This document shows, in pieces, positions 60,101 through 64,000 of a DNA stretch of 64,000 nucleotides. The position numbers and the translations under genes are program-made. The notes below the pieces were generated by a model, which did no database searches, was not told where the DNA came from, and saw nothing but the letters and a program-made list of their open reading frames with translations. This stretch comes from Amoebophrya sp. A120 (lineage: Eukaryota; Protista; Dinoflagellata). Location: positions 3,096,158 to 3,160,157 of the forward strand of contig CAJINV010000013.1 of NCBI GenBank assembly GCA_905178155.1. The letters are read 5' to 3'. How positions within the stretch are numbered: position 1 is the stretch's first letter; every line of letters starts with the position of its first letter.

Positions 60101-62032
60101 GAAGAACAGCGAGAAGAACGACATACCCTCGTGCCCACGGAGGAAGACGTTATTTGGCGCGTGGCAATGCAAAGTCACATTTTTCCGGACTGGTGGCAGC
60201 GACCCCGGTGGGTGCAGCAGCAACTGTACGGGGAGAAGACCTCCTTCGTCGGCGTGCGGTTCCACCAACGAGCGAAAAGAGCGTTCCGCGCGGCCTTTCG
60301 CGGCTACGAGAGAAATCAGGATGTTTCGGACGAAGCGTCAACTTCTGCTTCGCCATCGCGACGACCAAGAAGTGGTGTGGCAGAATCAGGACGTGAGAGG
60401 GAAAGCGGATTTGTCGCAGCTTTTTTGCAGAAACGAAGAAAGGGGACCCGGCGAGCATTATCATCTCAGAGGAGCGGAAATAAAGCTGGTTTTCTCGCAT
60501 TTAAAACGAGAGGTACAACTAGTAGGAGCCATAGTTTCGGGAATATCCACAGTGGGAGAGCATCAGTGGTACAGACGGAAAAAGATGACGAGCAGGTGGA
60601 TGAGGCAGGAAGAGGCACTGATAATAAGAACCATACCACGAGGGGTTCTCTATCAGCTCCCGGAGGCCGACAGGGGCAGGGGCGATTAGACCGGCGTGGA
60701 ATGTCCTCGCGGAACGCCACAGGAAGTGGTGAACAGCGCTCGTGGTCCTCCCGTTGGCATGACGCCCGCAACCGGGAAAGACACCAAGGTGTGCTGCTGA
60801 CCCCGGCCGAAGCGACCGAGGCCATGGAGCACGCGAGCGATTTTATCTTGCGGAACCAACTGAAGTCGGCCGCATTGGAATCCCTGGCGGAGATCGAGCG
60901 GCAGATTTTGATCGCCCTGTCCCTGACCATGGGCACCATGGCCTTCATCGCGCTGTTTCCAATCGTGATGGCCCTGGGGACGGGGTTGAGCCAGGCGCTC
61001 TCCAACCAGCGGGCAATTTTCGGGGAAAAATCGGGCCAGAGCGCCGTCTGGATCCTGCTGTTGGTGCAGATGTTCTCCTTGCCGTTGTTCGTCACGGCCA
61101 TGGCCCTGATTCAGCAGCTCTTCGGAGGGGAAAAGTACTTCACGCTTCTCCTCATCTGCGTGGTGATTTTCGTCGCCCTGCCGCTGTTCAAGGTGGTCCG
61201 TTTGTCCAACGAAGACACCATGGTGAATTCCAACGCCGCCAAGGCGATTCGCGTCGTCGAAGTGTTGGTAAAGATCTCCTTACCGATCGCGGCGGTGTTC
61301 TGCCTCGGGATGCTGGTGTACAACAAGTTTCTTGAGGTGTTCTACTGGGTGGAGCTCGACTACTGGACGCTCGCGACTTCGCTGATCTCCCTGTTTTGTA
61401 ACTTTATGGCGCGGAAAATGGTGACGGCGCTGGTGTGCACAGATTTGCTGGTCGCGGCCTACTGCTCCATCGAGCTCTGGGAGAGCAACCACTTTCAGGA
61501 CCCCATGAACGCAAAAATCGTCCAGGACATGGCCGTTTTCATGAACGTGACCCAACCGCAAATGGAAAACAAAACCGACGCGGCGCAGATGATGGCCCTC
61601 GGGAAGCAGCGCATGAAGGGGTACGGCGAGCGTTTGAAAATCTTCCTGCAGAAAGCCAAGAGCGGGGACACAAATGATGGCAGTACCGACAGAAGTAAAT
61701 TAGAATTAGTATTAAAAACTGGATCGACTGATGTATCTTCCAGTAGTGAAATGACGCGCCTGTTGCAACCGTTGAGTTACAAGGAACTCTTAAACCGCGG
61801 ACGTGAAGGGACCGAGGAGAACCTCTACAACAGGCAGCGAGCCTCTTCGACCTTCATTCGCCCGATCGGCGCGAGTTTTTCGCGAGAGCGCCAGGAGATG
61901 CTTGGGGGAGAAGAGATAGTACAAACGAACGCAGCGGAGCATGTAGATGGTCGTCCTACCGTGGTTCCAGAAGAGGACGACGAAAATGTGAGTAACCCGT
62001 TGGGCGGCCCCCGACGGTCGATATCGATGTAA
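54143..62032 (+). CDS. Very large multi-pass membrane protein of unknown family. Well-supported part join(55856..57072,58060..62032); 5' exons (54143-54554, 54694-~54951, ~55189-55568) tentative
   Basis: The 427-aa and 1338-aa ORFs are in the same frame and join as QKVFCVR|GVAYVLT. Multiple hydrophobic helices at 56040-56320, 56930-57020 and 60900-61470. CAAAATG at 54143. GT-AG intron 54555-54693. Confidence 0.65.
57073..58054. mobile_element. 982-bp TIR element forming a non-canonical coding intron, with a nested MITE
   Basis: ~36-bp TIR with perfect 20-bp core GTTACAATCTCAAACGTTAC / GTAACGTTTGAGATTGTAAC and TAT...ATA ends. Direct repeat GTTCG at 57068-57072 and 58055-58059. Removing 987 nt (329 codons) restores the frame. 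Confidence 0.9.
57108..57289. mobile_element. Nested MITE (~182 bp) with TA flanks
   Basis: TIR CAATAGAATCTGG(A/G)ATTTGTGTTGCA / TGCAACACAAATCCCAGATTCTATTG (25/26 match). TA at 57106-57107 and 57290-57291. Confidence 0.8.
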
Positions 62033-62912
62033 GTGAAAGAAGTGATGAATCATCAGCATTATCTTCAAAAAAATATTAATATTTTTTATATTTGTATAAT
62101 CAGAAGGCTCACTTTTATACGCGGTTAAAAGTACTTGTGGGTAAGAAGGATGTTCTGCTTCTGGCACGAATGCAATTGCATGTATGATACACTAGTAGGT
62201 ACAGCTCATTTTTGAAGTTCGAAAAAAAAAGACAACCCGCCAGTCAGTGTTGTCCCCGTGTGGGAACTGCAAACGTAATTGAAGCGTTGATCTACGCACG
62301 TCGTGCATGTTCTAGTTCAGAGTCAGCTGTCGATTTTGGTCGTGGTTCACCTGGATCTTCTCGGTCAAATTGTCTCAGCATGGTAGAAAGAAAGTTTCAA
62401 CTGCCTGGAACATTCGTCCGTACAACTCTTGAGGACACCTACCTGTCGTTTCGTTTTCGTCTATATCGTTCTTTCGCGCGCATTTTGCGTATTTTTCATA
62501 TTGGATGTCGGCTTTTTCGTGTTGTTGAAGTCGGTTACGTTGTGTTGTGATGTTCTTTGTTGAGACAGAAAGCTCATATCCATCGTGTACCGTACTTGCT
62601 TTGGTTGGTGCGATCAATGTCAATGTTTCTGCTTCGTCCAAGTTTTTGTCGTGTGTTTTCGTCGGCTTCACACTTTTGAATCATGAATCAATCTAGGCCG
62701 TCGTTCTCCTCTGAGTCAAATTGACAACCCGTTATCCTTAGCTCTATGACAATAGAGTTTCAATTTGAAAGTCCAGTTTAGAATGTCGATGTAGTTCCAC
62801 AAGCGGTAGGAGTTTATACATGCCCCCTTTCTTTTCTTGATTTGTTTCCCCCACGATGAAAAAAGCTTAAAGCTATATATAGTTTCACAGAAGAAAAAAA
62901 TCTCTAAACACG

Positions 62913-64000
62913 ATGATGAGTATGAGGGCAAAGATACATGACCCGGGCACCACGACCAGAGCAAGGGGCTTCCGCTTCCACGCCTGCATAATTTCTAGTC
63001 TGGTCCCTTCCTTAGTGGGCGCGTTTTTGATCTCGGAAAATAAGCAAGAAAGTGGAAATAAAGCGAAAACCACCGAGGAAATAAGCGATCATGGCGTCGA
63101 CGAGTGGGTACAGCAAAAGGAGGCAGAGGGGGAAGGGTGGCGGAAGAACAACTGGGTGACCTTTAAGGACGAGGTTTGCAAGGGGCACGACGTGCTGACG
63201 ATCGAAGCAGCGGAATGCAAGTGCCCCTTCGGGACGGGTTACATCGGCGAGATTTCGTGGCCGGACTACTCCTTCACGCCGAACACACCTTGCGCTTTGG
63301 CGTCCACTCGCAAGGAGTGCGAAGAATTCGCGGCCGAGAAAGGAAGTAGTAGTACAAGTTTTGGGGCAGCAGCAGGAGCAGCACACCAGCACACAGCGAC
63401 CGGTGGCTCCTCTGTGGACTGGGAATGCGAGTGGGTTCCCTTTGCCTACAGCCAAGACGACGCACCGCTGAAGTACGGCGCCTGCGTGTCGCACGGACCC
63501 AACCACCCGAAAGACGAGATCGCCCCCGGCGTGATTCTACTGGGTTGGTGCTTTGTCTCCGGGTACGTCCTCCACGCCTCCGGGCCCTACTTGTGGCTGC
63601 GCTTGCTGTTTCGGCGGACCACACGGCATTTGTTGAATGCCGTTGGAGTTATCGGTGTGCTCGTGCCTCTATTGCTTTACCTGGTCAAGCCCAACGCCCA
63701 GGAGGAGCGCCCTGCGGCGGCCTGTGCGTCCTCGTATGGGATGCCGAGCGTGCATTCGTCGGTGGCGACGGCATTGATGACCCTGTACCTGCTGCAGCTC
63801 GCCTACGCCACGGACCGGGCGTCGGTCCGGATTCCCGGCGCCTTTGAGAACGGGGAAAGAAGGAACAAGCGTGCAGGAGGGGGTGACCTTGAGCGCGGTG
63901 GGGGCGATGAAGTTGACAATACGATGATCCTTCCGGAGCGACGCAGACACCTGGGCAACGAAACGTGTTTACTACAGTGCGCCCAGAACATCTATTTCCA
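62913..64000 (+). CDS. PAP2-superfamily phosphatase (dolichyl-pyrophosphate phosphatase-like), 3'-partial
   Basis: Open frame from ATG 62913 to the window end; it is missing from the ORF track because no stop is reached. Motifs C1 KPNAQEERP (Kx6RP) and C2 YGMPSVHS, flanked by hydrophobic helices. Confidence 0.8.
   Translation, partial: MMSMRAKIHDPGTTTRARGFRFHACIISSLVPSLVGAFLISENKQESGNKAKTTEEISDHGVDEWVQQKEAEGEGWRKNNWVTFKDEVCKGHDVLTIEAAECKCPFGTGYIGEISWPDYSFTPNTPCALASTRKECEEFAAEKGSSSTSFGAAAGAAHQHTATGGSSVDWECEWVPFAYSQDDAPLKYGACVSHGPNHPKDEIAPGVILLGWCFVSGYVLHASGPYLWLRLLFRRTTRHLLNAVGVIGVLVPLLLYLVKPNAQEERPAAACASSYGMPSVHSSVATALMTLYLLQLAYATDRASVRIPGAFENGERRNKRAGGGDLERGGGDEVDNTMILPERRRHLGNETCLLQCAQNIYF

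Overview
Eukaryotic nuclear DNA from an alveolate. The dinoflagellate-type actin ([15 protein letters not shown]), the one-strand gene array and the inverted-repeat non-canonical introns suggest a syndinian dinoflagellate such as Amoebophrya; this is an inference. About 19 protein-coding genes can be modelled by eye, all on the + strand. Recognisable products are ORC1/CDC6, RIO2, a mitochondrion-targeted tandem HMG-box protein with a Met/Lys tail, an IPT/TIG-repeat secreted protein, a HAD-like hydrolase, a small Tim (Tim8-like), a Ulp1/SENP protease, actin, an atypical NCKX-like exchanger, an ABCB1/MDR transporter and a 3'-partial PAP2 phosphatase; the rest are hypotheticals. The main interest is the intron and mobile-element layer. 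Four coding introns are terminal-inverted-repeat (TIR) elements flanked by 5-7 bp direct repeats, and the reading frame is restored only by non-GT-AG excision. One of them is a ~1 kb nested element containing a TA-flanked MITE. A 2.0 kb GC-rich TIR element ends 13 nt before a start codon. The MITE's motifs (GCATGAC, TTGTG[A/T]TGC) recur in many ordinary introns, whose donors are mostly GTAY, matching the G|TAY left ends of the elements. All gene models are manual and have no RNA support.
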